From NCBI GenBank assembly GCA_040954595.2, contig CM082577.2:620001-684000 (forward strand): a DNA stretch of 64,000 bases. Reading direction: 5' to 3'. Below the pieces are notes generated by a model. That model did not search any database. It saw only the letters and a list, made by a program, of their open reading frames with translations, and had not been told where the DNA came from. This document shows, one piece after another, positions 1 to 13,261 of this stretch (position 1 is the first letter of the stretch; each line of letters begins with the position of its first letter). A program made the position numbers and the translations under genes. The stretch is from Balanoglossus misakiensis (taxonomy: Eukaryota; Animalia; Hemichordata).

Positions 1-86
1 AGATCGAATGCGCCTGTCACAGCGGACACGGTGCGCTCTTTTCCATTATAAAAGAGTGATCATGTATATCGCCTAAGTTGCTTACC

Positions 87-300
87 TGCAGCAAAATTGC
101 GCGTGATGATGCGACTACGAGGCGACGCAACGGGGACTGGTTAAATACGATACCGACAAATACCTCCAACACAGTGTTCCACTTTTCATATGTAAATCGA
201 GTGTATAGAGGTCAGTGATTACTGGCAAAACACAATGTGGCGCGAACTATTGAAATTTCAAATGCATCGGGTGTTTGACACTTCTTTTACCATTTGCCAT
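87..300 (-). other. Possible 5' exon(s) of a gene divergent from SRSF2 that continues off the left edge
   Basis: Minus-strand ATG GCA AAT G|gtaaaa at 300-291 and a strong donor CAG|gtaagc at 87/86, in CpG-rich promoter-like context. The product is not recognisable. Confidence 0.25.
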
Positions 301-937
301 GATTTTATGCATTAAGGATACGGGACGCTGCGTTTTCTTTTGTTATTTGCAAGAAATCATGAAGACTGAGATTAAGAGTTCTAATCTAAGAGTTTGGGGT
401 GGAAGAGGGGGTCGTGGGAGGGATCCGTGGTCAAGAAGATGAAGAGAAATGTACATTTTGTAATTTGTTTTTACTGTCAATATTTGATAAATATTTTTCT
501 TGAACCAAATGGCACTTTTCGTTTTTTTTAATCTTCTGTTTCAATGCATCCATGGGAACGTTTTCAAGGAATACTGTAACGGCCCACCCGATTCACCTCC
601 TATGCTGCAAATCACAAATAGCCCAATGAATAGGAACATTTTTGCATATTTTTTAATAGTTACGTGTATGTGAAAATTTCTTTCAACATTTTTTTTCTGT
701 TTCTATGCTGTACTGGACCCTAGCGACATCCCGTTCGCCGTATAGCGCCCGCTATAGTCCGTCTGAATTGTGAGATCCCCCCATAGGCTGTATTGCTTGG
801 CATAATGACTCATTCGGCGTGAGCACGCTGTTGGATCTGTAGACCGAGCAGTAGCGGGTCGTAAACTCATTTTTCTCACGTCAAAATCAGTCTCCAAGTG
901 AACTGTTGTGTGGTGTCTTGAGTGTTTACGGATCACC

Positions 938-2538
938 ATGAGTTACGGTCGTGGACCACCAGAAATAGAGGGCATGCATTCCTTAAAAGTGGACAATTTG
1001 ACGTACAGAACAACCCCTGATGATTTGCGACGCTGTTTCGAAAAGTATGGCGATGTAGGAGATGTGTATATTCCACGCGATCGCTTCACCCGCGAAAGCA
1101 GAGGGTTTGCGTTTGTAAGGTAAATATTGTTTCCCAGTAACATTCGTAAAATAATTGTCAAATTATGCTACTCGATATGCTGTTCGTTATTTAATGGATG
1201 TAGCTGAGCTTGTAGGGCTTCATTCTGAATTTCGAAATGCCCAGTACACTTCGTGATCACATGTTGAAAATGAAATGAGCATGTTTGCTTTTGTCATTTT
1301 GGCGGGCATTGACGCAACCCAGTCCGGTTGAGTTTGTGAACAGTCACCAACGTAGACACTTTGTGTATTTGTGAACTATGAAACTTAAGACAGGCGCTAG
1401 AATACAAATCTCAAAGACTGTTGGGGTTTGGGTGAGTGGCTATTTTATTGTACCTAAAATGCGGGGAAGTATAATGGGCTTGGGCTGTGCGTGGCTAGGC
1501 TATTACAAATGTGGTATGGTAATTTATGAAATCGCGTGGAAGCATGTAGTACACGAACAGATACAAACTTGTTAGGGAAACGGTTGTGTGATATTGAATA
1601 GTCATAGAATACCATCTAATTAAAATCAAATGCAGTTAGTAGAAAGGAACAGCAAAGAACCATCAAATGCAAAGATTATTGAGTCAACTCTACATCTAAT
1701 TCTAATCTGATTGGAAAGATTGTGACCTGGATAAAGTAGGTCAAGGAGTTCAATATTCTGTCCTTTGCATTTAGGTCAAGCAGAGATTTGTGAAAATTAC
1801 CACTGCAGATAGAACAAGTTCTTGTGTAAAACCATTAATAATGTGTCTTTCACACTCTAGATTCTATGATAAACGTGATGCAGAGGATGCGTTAGATTCT
1901 ATGGATGGTGCCATTTTAGATGGAAGAGAGCTGAGAGTTCAGATGGCTCGTTATGGCAGACCGTCAGACCCCCGCAGACCTCCACCGAGAAGCAGATATC
2001 ATGGTGGTGGTGGTGGTGGCGGCGGTGGTGGTGGTGGTGGAGGAGGAGGATATGGTGGAGGCGGTGGCTATGGAAGACGTCGTCCAAGGTATGTTCTCAG
2101 TTGTATTGGTAAAAATCTGTTCCAGTAACCCCCAAACTGACAAGTATAAAACTATTCCTGTGAGCTGTGTCTATATCTGCATTGGATTTGAATGTCGCTA
2201 TTTTTGTGAGGCGTGTTTTTGAACTTGCTTTGAAACGTTCTATTTCTTGTTTGTTCAGGTCATACTCCAGATCACGGTCTCGTTCGCCAGTCCGCCGAAG
2301 CAGGCGTTATTCTCGTAGCAGGTCTCGTTCTCGCAGCCGTGATTATCGTCGCAGTGCAAGCAGGAGTAGATCAAGGTCACCACGTAGGTCAAGATCCAGA
2401 TCCCGATCAAGGTCTCCTCGTCCATCTCGTTCACCAAAGTCATTTTCCCGTTCGCGCTCCAAATCTCACACACCAGTCAAGTCGCCATCTCGATCCAAAT
2501 CCAGGTCATTATCAAAGTCTCGTTCAGGATCACCGTAG
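938..2538 (+). CDS. SRSF2: Serine/arginine-rich splicing factor 2 (SC35), 3 coding exons, about 229 aa
   Basis: Exons 938-1119, 1861-2088, 2259-2538 with GT-AG boundaries and consistent phase. [98 protein letters not shown] is nearly the SC35 consensus, followed by a Gly-rich linker and an RS domain. Confidence 0.97.
2002..2073 (+). repeat. (GGT/GGC/GGA)n repeat encoding the poly-Gly linker of SRSF2
   Basis: Run of ggtggtggt...ggaggagga inside exon 2. Confidence 0.85.
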
Positions 2539-4587
2539 TGTTGGTTGGAACTGTGGAACTGGCTCAATCATCATCAACATCATCGGAACTGAGCCGTATC
2601 AACATCAAGAAGACTGTTGCTTTCTTTTTTCAGGTGGCAAGAGAAATAATATAAAACGCTGGACTCAGGACTTGAAGTTCACAGCCACTTGCGTAGCCTT
2701 GAGCAGTAGACCAAATTCTTAAAAGGTTAATTTTCAAATTTCAATATATTTGTATACTCGTCATTTTTAGGAAGTTTCACTGAGTTTTTGAGTTCCAAAC
2801 ATGTCTTCGAGGGTAGGATTTTATCGGATTATGTTTAGATAAGTAGTCATAAGATTTGTATGAATTAGAGTAGAGTGTAGCAGTTAAATTTGTTAAGAAG
2901 TTAAAAAGTGAAGAACAAACATTGAAGTTTATCCCCAGGAATTGTCTGTATTTGACTATTACTTACTTTATGTCTGGCAAAAATGCTCATAGAATGTTTA
3001 CCTCATGCATGATACATGCCTCACTTAGTCTCAAAATATTATACAGGTCTTCCCCAACAGGTTTATGAAAGTTTGCACCCATTGTTAATCCAGGATGAAA
3101 ACATTGTTAAAGAAGTTGCGTTTTTTCTCCCCTCCGTTAATCTGTATGTGCAGCAGTAATAAAGCTTTTAGCCTTTTTATTATTCGATGTGTGGAGACTA
3201 ACATGTATACCTTACTGTTGTTTCCCTTACTATTAGGAGCAGTAAGCTGTTCTGTAAGCTGTCATAAGGCAGTAGAGCATGTCTGTCATTGGTTGGCTGT
3301 GATAGCAGAATGCAGTGTTGAGTTGGCAGTGCTGCTGTTACTGACATGCTGTTCGGGGTTGCTGTGCCCTGTCACTGTGATGCAGTTCAGTGGGAGAGAG
3401 AAAAGAGAGAAATTTTCGGACTTACTGAAATCCTCCAGAAACCAGTAGACAAGAAATTGCTGAAACCATCGCCACATTCTGTTCCTGCTTTACAACTGGC
3501 TTCAGCAGTCAAGATGTTCCTGGAAACCAAAAGAGAGAGAGAAAAAAAGCTGCAGTTTGTTTCAGGTTCAAAATAACCAGTTGCAGTCTACAAAACATCA
3601 ACATGGGGAGGGTCTATTTTGTTTATCATCATTTGGCTTGTTAAAAATGTGCATGTTACAAAATTTGAAAAAAAGTCCCCAAAATAATAGTACTAAATCT
3701 TGTGAAAAAATAGTCTTGCAAACAAGGGCGGCAAACAGCTGGTGATTACAGCATTTCCACATGAAAATTGTCGGTTGATGATAAATTATGTCCCAGTAAA
3801 TGCTGGATTGGACAATTTTCTATTTTAAAAACGTATAATTCACGAATGATGCTTTTGTTTGATACATTTTAGTTATATGCACACTATGGATGTTTGTCTG
3901 CAGTAGTTTAGGACCAAAATGTATGGTTTATCAGTTTGTGAATGCTATGAAGAAAAATTTCACTCCGATGACCAGCATGTGATAGTTAAAAAATTCTCTC
4001 TGGTATTTCTCGCTCTGTGAAAGTAGTGAATTAGCCCAGTCCTGTGCACTTAATTATTTTTAGTGGCACAGTCACCACAAAATGGATACGGATTCCATTG
4101 TGTTGAAATGTTATCAAAGAATGTTACACCATACTCTAGATTTGGCATGCGTTGAGCATATAATTGGGCTTTACATAAAATGAACATAAAGTGCAGATTA
4201 TGTGAGGTTTTCTCTAGTCCATGCCTTTATCAGCTGTCTCCTACTGTGCCTACTTTTAATGTGCTCAGTGTCATGCTTTCAGTGTGAAATTGGGAGGGGG
4301 GGGGGGTGTCACAAACCCTGCCAAAGGTGCAAGGGGAGCAAATAGCATAAGGTCTGACAGACTTGTCAATTGTGCTGATACCAGACCACAACTGGGACTG
4401 TGCCATTATCTGGTGGGTATTGCAGGGAATATGTAAGAGTAGCAAACAGGCTGTGAAAAGGGAAGGGTCTTGTTTCTTATTGATACAAGGACTTAAAAAA
4501 AGTCTTTGAAGGTTTATCAGCCTTTATAATGACTGAAGACTTGGTTTTCAAACCAAACTTTTTCTGTGAACTACTAGTATTTTATAG

Positions 4588-5545
4588 TTTTCATCTCTAT
4601 TGACTTGCTTCCAAAACATCATTTCGGGTTGGGTTTGAACTTTAAAAGCTGTACTCTGGGTTCGGATAGAGACCCATTTGGCAACTTTTAGGAAGTGTTC
4701 CAAAAGCTTGATGAGAATATGGAAACTCGCCAGAGATATGGTAAGTTGACGGGCAAGTGTAGTTACTGTGTCTTGGTAAGAAATGCTGAAACTCGGATTG
4801 ACAGAAATGTTTGTGTAATGTAAGTTGAATGTATTTTATTTCACAGCATAATGGGTGCAGATGTAATGAAGCGGGTAAGTATTGTTGGACGATTCACCCG
4901 CACAAGTTGTTGGTGTATAAATGCTCTTTTCTCCTCTAGGGTTTTCTGGTCTTGAGGAGTCTTGGGGGAAACCTCTTGCATTTGTAAGTATTGCAGCATC
5001 TCTGGACAGATGGATTTCCAACTGTTGCAGCTGCTCTTCATCAACAGAGGTGACACCCAAGCATATACTTCGTTCTGCTTCTGGGGAAGGACATTCGTGG
5101 TATTGGATGCATTCATATAGCAGCAGCATCTTGCACCACAGCAGATTCCTTGACCATTTGCAGCAGTTGTTCCCAAACATTTCACGATGTACATCTGGGA
5201 ATGTGTGCACCTGGAATGAAAGATGCAGTGTCCGCGAAGGAAAATGGTGGTCAAGCAAGGGGAAAGGTTGCAGGAAATGATTTCTGAAGTTGCACGTGAA
5301 ATGCTTGTCTGCAGTAACAGTGAAAATGCCCACTGTACATTGACGGTTGGGATGATGATGGCCGAACCGCCGAATATGGGATTCCCTCGACATGCTGATG
5401 GAGAAGCTGTTGGAATTCATGGACAGAAAACACTCCATAATAAATAGCCAGGAGAAAAATGTATGACAATAATTGCATCAATTTCCCCTTGTATGTGAAC
5501 ATATGCTACATGTGAACTGAGATAGCTGTCTCTGTTGCCAATAAA
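4588..5545 (+). other. Probable distal non-coding 3'UTR exons of SRSF2 (4588-4740 and 4940 to about 5550)
   Basis: Acceptor tttatag at 4587, strong donor ATG|gtaagt at 4740/4741, acceptor ctcttttctcctctag at 4939, AATAAA at 5540-5545. No recognisable protein in any frame. Confidence 0.45.
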
Positions 5546-6077
5546 GATGAAGTAAATGAAATTTATGTGTGTGCTCTCATTATTTGAATGTCATTCTTCA
5601 TACACCTGCAGTACCCGGTGCATCATGAGTAATTGAACAGTCTTCCTTGCCAAAGATACCACTTTGAAAGAACAAAATATGACAAGACATTCATTGGCTG
5701 ATAAGTCACCTTGCATATATGTCGGTATTCAGCGAAATTTGAGTCCAGCTTATAAAACGCATATTTTAGTCGCATGTCTACTAGTATCTGGAGTGTGTAT
5801 TAGCCAGGTTGATTTCATTAGTCTTGTAATATATCGATCCCTATATTCTATCCAAGTTGCTTGTCAACTTATTTTATCAAAATCCCACAAATTTAGCCTG
5901 AGTCCTTTACCCAACAAGCACTGGAATCTCTTACGAAAAAAATATATTTTGTTATCGCGAATGGCCCAAAGCACGCCAACTGACGTGCGAAGTCGATGTC
6001 CTCCATCCAGCAGCATCATTCCAAGTGTGTTAGGGAGTACGAATGCATAAATACAGTCATTTGGAGGGTCATCCAAA

Positions 6078-8525
6078 ATGGCGGAAGAAATAGGTAGGTG
6101 ATAATGAATTGCGCAACTTTTAGTGGAAGGTAATTGAACCGAATCATCCTATATGAACAAGGAAGTAGGAACAATTTAGGATATCATAGCATCATGCGCC
6201 AGCTGAAACATCTTCATAATTTTGCATCTGCAATGCTATTTTGAGGAAATGCTCACGGGCAATGAGTCTGCATGATCACTTCCGCATTACATTACAACAC
6301 CAAACGATGACAAAATGTTCACAATTGTCTTCGTGTGTAATATCTGTACAAAAAACTGCAATACTTTGAGAGCTGATAATTTTAAGGTGTTGTCGTCTTG
6401 CAGATGAAGGTATACACATTTCTGCATCATTAGTCATATGAAGACCCGATCGACCCATTTATCTGCACGATCTGTCTCATTGTAGCATTCTAAGCTTTTC
6501 GGTTTGTTCTGCAGACGGTAACATGGATATACCGGCCAAGGAATGTGAGAGTGAAAGTGGGGATAAAAATGCAGGTGGTGACACTGAAAATGCTCAAATG
6601 GACACTGGTGATAACAAAACAGACTCCACATCAACTGAACAAACTGTTACAGTGTCAGATACAAACCTTGCAAATAATGCTGGCAAATCAGAACAATCAG
6701 AACACATGGAGGAGACTGAAACCTCCACAGAATCAAGTCACGAGAGCGATGTCAAAGTCCCAGAAGCAGCAGTAGCAACAGCAGCGCCTGTTGAGAGTTC
6801 CAAACCCAAAGAAACTGTAGACTTTAAAATTGTGTATAACAAACAGAAGTATGATGTAACCTTTGACCTGGATGAGAAAGTTGCCACATTGAAACTACAT
6901 ATCCAAACACTCACAGGTGAGTTCATTATTACATTATTGCATACCTTTCAATGTCAATGCCAGTAATACCATGATAGGTGATACACTCATGCCAGTACAC
7001 ACGCAGCCACCATCTCTGTTGAATATGTTCAATTTATTGTTGTGATGACCATTGCTTGGAATCCAACTTATATAGAATATAATGTAGTGCCTGCTGTATT
7101 CCAAGACAAGTGAACGAATACCTCTTTTAATAATGGCTATATATTTAGGTGTCCCTCCTGCCATGCAAAAAGTCATGTTCAAGGGCTTAATGAAGGATGA
7201 CAAGACATTACGAGAACTTAAAGTGACAAAAGGTGCTAAAATGATGGTGGTTGGATCCATGTTAACTGATGTCATTGCAGTCAACACGCCATCAACTGAA
7301 GCGGGCAAAGATGAACCAACTGAGACAGGTATCATGTTGTTATAACTGTGTCTTTGGTGTAGTGCTCCATCTACGTCAACATAGCACAGGTGCAACATAG
7401 ATTCTCCATGATGTAAATTTCATTCTACATACATGTGTTTCTGACTCTAAGAAATTTTAGAATTTTTTGCTTTGTCTCGAACGGTTCATGTGAGTTGGAG
7501 CACACACTGACAATCTACGGCATTTTTTATTATCAAAAGTCTACAAGGCTAATAGTCTTGCATGAGTAAGAAGTACAGACAAAGAAGTACACATACAATT
7601 TTGTTTCCACAGCACCCACCAAAGAGCCACTGTCAAAACAGAAACCACATAAAAAAGTAATCGAGAAAGGAAAGCCTGATGATGCACTTCCTGCAATCAA
7701 AGGAGTGAAGGTAATCATGTCTCTGTAAATTTTGTTACATCTGAGTACATCTTCTTGTGAAATAAACAAATGATTCAATAATATGTGAGTTGGTGTAACA
7801 TGCTGACTAAATTCGAACATTTTCTCGCAGGAGAGACTTCCACTTGTGCCACTGTCAGGTATGTTGAATAAAGCAGGAGGAAAAGTGAGGTTGACTTTCA
7901 AACTAGAAGTTGACCAGCTTTGGATAGGAACAAAAGGTAAAGGCTTTACTTATTGTGCATATAAAATCACTGACTTTCATCCCAGACTGCTAGTACCTAC
8001 ATGAAAATTGAACTTACTTACTTACTTACCAAAGTCCTTCACCAAAACCAAAGCTTTCTTCTTAAACGTCTCTGAACTACTGATGTGTAACCAAGGTTTT
8101 TGTAAAGCCGTATCATCAGGTCAGATTTGTGGTAGCAGTCTTCTGTATTGATCACATTCTCCTCATTTCCTGTTGCAGAAAGAACAGAAAAAGTTCCCAT
8201 GGGAAGCATTAAAAATGTGATCAGTGAACCCATAGATGGACATGACGATTATCATATGCTGGTAAATGATACAGTAATATCTTCTTTTCGTCTGGGGAAA
8301 CAGTTGCTTATTTACGTTTTCATCTTCTACGGACACTCTTGAAAAGGAGGGAAATATTTGTCATCAGAGTGAGAACTATGAGATTTTGACCTTTTTCCAA
8401 TCCATTTATGGCAGGCGTTGCAGCTTGGACCTACTGAAGCCTCCAGATACTGGATATATTGGGTTCCTGCACAGTATGTAGATGCCATCAAAGATGCTGT
8501 GCTGGGAAAATGGCAGTACTTCTGA
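6078..8525 (+). CDS. UBFD1: Ubiquitin domain-containing protein UBFD1, 7 coding exons, about 331 aa
   Basis: Exons 6078-6093, 6515-6916, 7149-7328, 7613-7710, 7831-7936, 8179-8261, 8415-8525 (996 nt, in frame). Ubiquitin-like domain ETVDFKIVYNKQKYDVTF...GVPPAMQKVMFKGLMKDDKTLRE; C-terminus ALQLGPTEASRYWIYWVPAQYVDAIKDAVLGKWQYF is typical of UBFD1. Confidence 0.95.
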
Positions 8526-10820
8526 TGACAGAGGGCGCCCTTTGCTGAATTCCACCTTGAAAATTTACATTCACAGTGAAGAATAACCTATTGCAAAAGG
8601 TCAAAGTGAAACCTGGCTGACATTATTCTAAAAAGTCTGAAGCCAAGTCTTTGGAACTGTAATGTCTTGCAACTGGCAAGAACGCAATGATACATGTCGT
8701 CAAGGAAATGAAAAGTTTAGCATTTTCAAACATTGCCTCTTTAGATTTTCAAACTGCATTTAAGCATAAATGATTACAACATTTAAGTGTTTCTTTAATT
8801 CTTTTACAACTGCTTTAATTATTTGTCTTTATCATAATTGTTAGGTTTTGCAAAAGAGATTTTGGGTACCTGACTATCACTAGTCATCAGACATCACATG
8901 ACTAAGTGGAGTTTTTTTTGCTTCTTTGGTGTCTGTATTCTGGAATGTTGGGACACTAGACAACAAAGAAACCAAATTTCTGCAACCAATCAGAGGAAGG
9001 TGAACTTTTACTGAAAAGGGTATTGTATAACTGTCTGCTTTGTTCTTATGGACTTCTTTCGTAAATACAGAAATTAATTTTAAGATACTTAATAGTAATA
9101 GCGATAAATAAGAGTACAATTCTATTCAGTGAGTTAGGATAACTACTTTTGTTAGAGCCCTTATATTACTATGTTTCGATCGACATCAGATTTGAGGTTC
9201 TTCCCAATCCATTGGACGTTCAATTCTTTGGCAGGGCTGGTGAAATTTCTATGATTTACGTTCATCCCTGGATAGAATAAATCTCACATCAATGTTAGCG
9301 TTTCAATGCAGTTGAATTGATATAAGGGCATAGATAGAAACTTCATTGATGCAAAGCATTTCCAGAAATATATTCAAACAAACCAGTTTCTATAAAAATG
9401 ATAATTTACAGTACTTTTCACTATCTGACTTGGTGATTTCATGACAGTTAATTACATGACAATTCATACTTGCTGTTACAAGAAAAAAGTTGTGGCACTT
9501 ATAAGCATTGCAGGTCAATTTAAATGCTGGTGATAGCAATTCCTCTATGAGAGACTTCAATAAAATTAAATAAATGCTTCGGGCAACGCCTGGCCAAGTC
9601 AGTGCCACAGTTTGACTTCAGTTGTCATTCACTATTATGATACAACCAACACTAATGATGTCCTTGTGTATCTGCCCATTATGTCCAGTTTTGCAGGATC
9701 ATTGAAGTTCTTGTCATACAAGATGCAAAATTGTTGGGGGAAGGAGTTATCAACTAAAAGGACTACTGCTAACACTTCATATTAAAGAGTACTCAATCAA
9801 TCGTGTTCTAAATGTTCACAAAGCATGTGCACATTGAGATGATGTATAAGAAAATGGAGAAAGATGCATCCATTTTTGTTTTATGTGATTGAAAAGAGCT
9901 TGGCTTTGAGAGTTGATATCACTGTCTGAAAACAAAATTCTTTGCGTATATACAAACATGTTTTGTCACAATGTATTTTCTATAATTGTCAGTATGAAAT
10001 GAATCTTTGTTTGAAAGTGCAATTTGAGCAGCTTGCCATTTAATAAGTATCAGTACACTTGACAATTTGTAAATTCCTTTTCTATCTGTACCAATTTGTA
10101 AACTGCATCAAAACTGTTTTTCTTCACTCTTGCAGATCTCCACCAAACATATTTCTGGTAGCATAAATTAAAAACTATAATGTTCAGACACAGGTGTAGT
10201 GTTTGTTTATGCGACTGTCTCACATCATTGGCAAGTTTGCCATGCTTCACTTTTGGTACCTCATCTCTGTAAATGTATAATCACATAGACACCACTGCTC
10301 TCAAGAATTGATGAAACACATTTCAAGAAAGTTGCAGCAACTATTTTTTATGTCTCAATTCCTGATCAAATCATGGATATATTTGAGATATGCATTTCTG
10401 CCCATCTGTATGCTTTTAAATACCTTGATAGACAACATTGTTAGTTATACTCCTCCATATCAACTTTTGAAATGATTTCTAGAATTTTTATGGCGATAGT
10501 TACACTTCTGAAGTAAACTTTCTGTGTAAATTGTTCTTGGTAAAATAAATGTTCAGCAATTTTCGAATCTGCATTCAGGAGTTATATGTATGGTCATAAT
10601 AGGCAATCAAGTTGTACAATGGATGAATGGTGTACACATAATATTGACTTTTAAACAGCGCCACCAAAAGTCGACCTATGTACATGATTTGACATTTAGT
10701 GATTATCTGATTTATGTAAGTTGTTTGCAAATAACTAGTCCATTTGTTCGAGAAGCCCCGGCTAGTGTTTACAACTCTACTAGAGACTGAACCGTGTCCC
10801 CAATATTCTCTGACAGCAAG

Positions 10821-12951
10821 ATGTCGTTCTGTTCGTGGTTCGGGGGAGAGAAATTCCGAGATCATTTTGAGTCGGGTAAGTGCATCTCTTCGCCAGCCAA
10901 AGTCTTGCTCTCCCGAAAAATAGCCCGAGGGAGAATGGTCGAGCCAACGACCCGTGCGAGGGCCGATGGAAATAGTGGTTCAGCAAGGGATGGTGGAAAT
11001 CATGTCTGTCCTCGTATCAATTATGTACAATTGTAACTTGCAAGATCCTATAAAGGCACACGCGAACTGGTGCCACCGCTGCAGTTCAGTAGCTCGAGGT
11101 TTTGCCTTGGTTTGTCTAACTTGGTTTGGCACTTGTAAGGAAGTGAGAGTTCTGAGAATTTACCGCTTTTGGATTTTTGAGATTCTGTCTCAATCATCAA
11201 TGTCAGAAACTCACTTTCCAGCACTATTACCGTGGTAAACGTGAGGAAAATTTTAGAACGTGGTGACTCAATATAAGTCACTGTACAATTTCCTTATAAT
11301 ATGCTAATTTCAAGCACTCAAGGAAGCTGGTTGACAATTCACTAGAAACTGAAAGTTGATACACTTAATTTATTTTGTTGATTTGAAATGTATTGTTGAG
11401 AAATTTATTTACTTTATAGAATTTCAATGCAGATGTTTATGAGCAATTCACACATCCACAAGTCGTTAGAATAAGGGATTGAAAGGAAACAATGGACACA
11501 GGAATTTCACACTCTATGGATAAATAAACTGAAGTACATGTAATATTGAAAGTGGATATCTATGGCCAGACCATGTCACCAGAATCATCAACAATTTTAC
11601 TTGATCAAAAAGTATATTCTGTTGCCTACACCCCAAATGAAATACTAGTAGTTTTATTCAAACAATCATATAAGTTGATCTTTCTGCTCAACCTCTAGGT
11701 GTCTACACGTGCTCAAAATGTGGTTATGAGTTGTTCTCTAGCCAGACTAAGTACAACCACAGCTCGCCATGGCCAGCATTCACACAGACCATTCATAAAG
11801 ATAGTGTATCCCGAAGACCAGAGAGTTCAACAGCCATCAAGGTAATATTGCCATCATCCTCAAGTATCTTTTCATGAAAAATGTTGGGGTTTTTTTGTCC
11901 AAAATTACCAGAAAGTGTTGGTTCATGTGGTAAACAATTCTCAAATGGAATAAAAGTATTCAGTTTTTGGTAGTAAAAGGTTTCAGAACCTTTGGTTGAA
12001 AGCACCCTCTTACAATACTGTGGGACAATTGTTTAGGTGTTCTCAAAAATAATGTTAATATCATGTGAGTTTGACATACTGTATCAGTTGAAGAATCAGA
12101 AAGATCAAACACAGCCTATTAAAAACATCTCAGTTGCTGAGTCAGTAGAAACTGACAGAGTTGCTGAGTCAGTACAAACTGACAGATAAGCATAAAAAAG
12201 TTGAACTCTGTAACAGAGTAAATTTAGGGTTTACTGTAATTTCATGTAACTGTCAAAATACTTGTGAATTCCCTAGTGGACATTTCTGCCAATCCTGGTT
12301 TTTGGATTTTGGAATGTCAGTCAATGCTTTAGCTGGTATTCCAATATCAGTGATATGAGATTTTCTGAAGTGGCCTCACACGACTGTGTATAATCAGGAA
12401 AGGTCAGAGGTTACATGTACCCAGACCAGAACACCAATGCTTTTTAGTCTATCCATGGCTGTCTCATAAATGTTTTGTGACCGAATGAATTACAGGTGTG
12501 AATCCTGATGATCTACAGGTGTACTAAGTATGTTCTACAAATATTTATTTCAACTGTAGGTTTCGTGTGGCAAGTGTGGAAATGGACTTGGACATGAGTT
12601 CTTGGGTGATGGACCAAATGCCGGCCAATCACGATTTTGAATATTCTCATCCTCATTGGAGTTCAAGGCCGCCAAGGGAGGTAAGATAAACTTGCAAATT
12701 TGTGCTCAACTGATTCAATATCTTTGAAGGGGAATAGCCATTTTTGTATCCATGTTGAGCTGAACTGAGTCTTGCCATATCACTCACTTTACTTACAGTA
12801 GACCGTTTCTTGCATAAGACTAAATGTGTAAAATAGTTATTGTGATATAATACCTGCTGGTAAGTGGCAATGGCGGTTGTAGAAACACATTCCTATAACA
12901 TTTGACTTTCTTGCAGGTGCAGCCAATGGAACTTCCAATGAGGCACAGTAA
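10821..12951 (+). CDS. MSRB1: Methionine-R-sulfoxide reductase B1 (selenoprotein R/X), 4 exons, 117 aa, Sec at codon 93 (TGA 12638-12640)
   Basis: Exons 10821-10875, 11699-11841, 12560-12680, 12917-12951 (354 nt). Protein [106 protein letters not shown]..., with two Zn-binding CxxC motifs and the RF(U)IFS catalytic motif. Mostly missed by the ORF track. Confidence 0.96.
12132..12185. repeat. 27-bp tandem duplication, each unit containing TGCTGAGTCA (ARE/MARE), in MSRB1 intron 2
   Basis: agttgctgagtcagtagaaactgacag followed by agttgctgagtcagtacaaactgacag (one mismatch). Confidence 0.8.
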
Positions 12952-13261
12952 ACAGTGAACTCTGTTGCCTCCGTCAGCTGACATGAAACCAGGGAAGACT
13001 ACGGGCTATCACTTCTGTGTTACAAAGTTACCAGTGAAACCAGCAGGAATATTCAATATAATCTGTACTTCTATTTTATTTACACTTTTATTGACACCAT
13101 TAGTTTAGTGGGTATACTCAGAATAATCTATACTGATCAATATAAATGCAGAGTCATTCAAATAGATAATCTTTAAATGAGAATAACCAGGGTTTCATGT
13201 CAGCTGTTGTTCTTGATTCTTGTGTGTTGTGAGTTCACAGACATTCAGTTGGAGCATTCAA

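Noticed and set aside
3095-3448. 117-aa Cys/Leu-rich ORF resembling a signal-peptide protein
   Set aside because: It lies in the SRSF2 3' region, the hydrophobic part is a polypyrimidine tract and TGCTG-rich sequence, and no family is recognisable.
4836-5438. 200-aa and 137-aa minus-strand ORFs downstream of SRSF2
   Set aside because: No recognisable domain, several overlapping open frames, and splice and polyA signals point to a plus-strand UTR exon instead.
12638-12640. TGA read as a nonsense mutation (MSRB1 pseudogene)
   Set aside because: It sits at the known Sec position, coding conservation continues downstream, and a SECIS is present.
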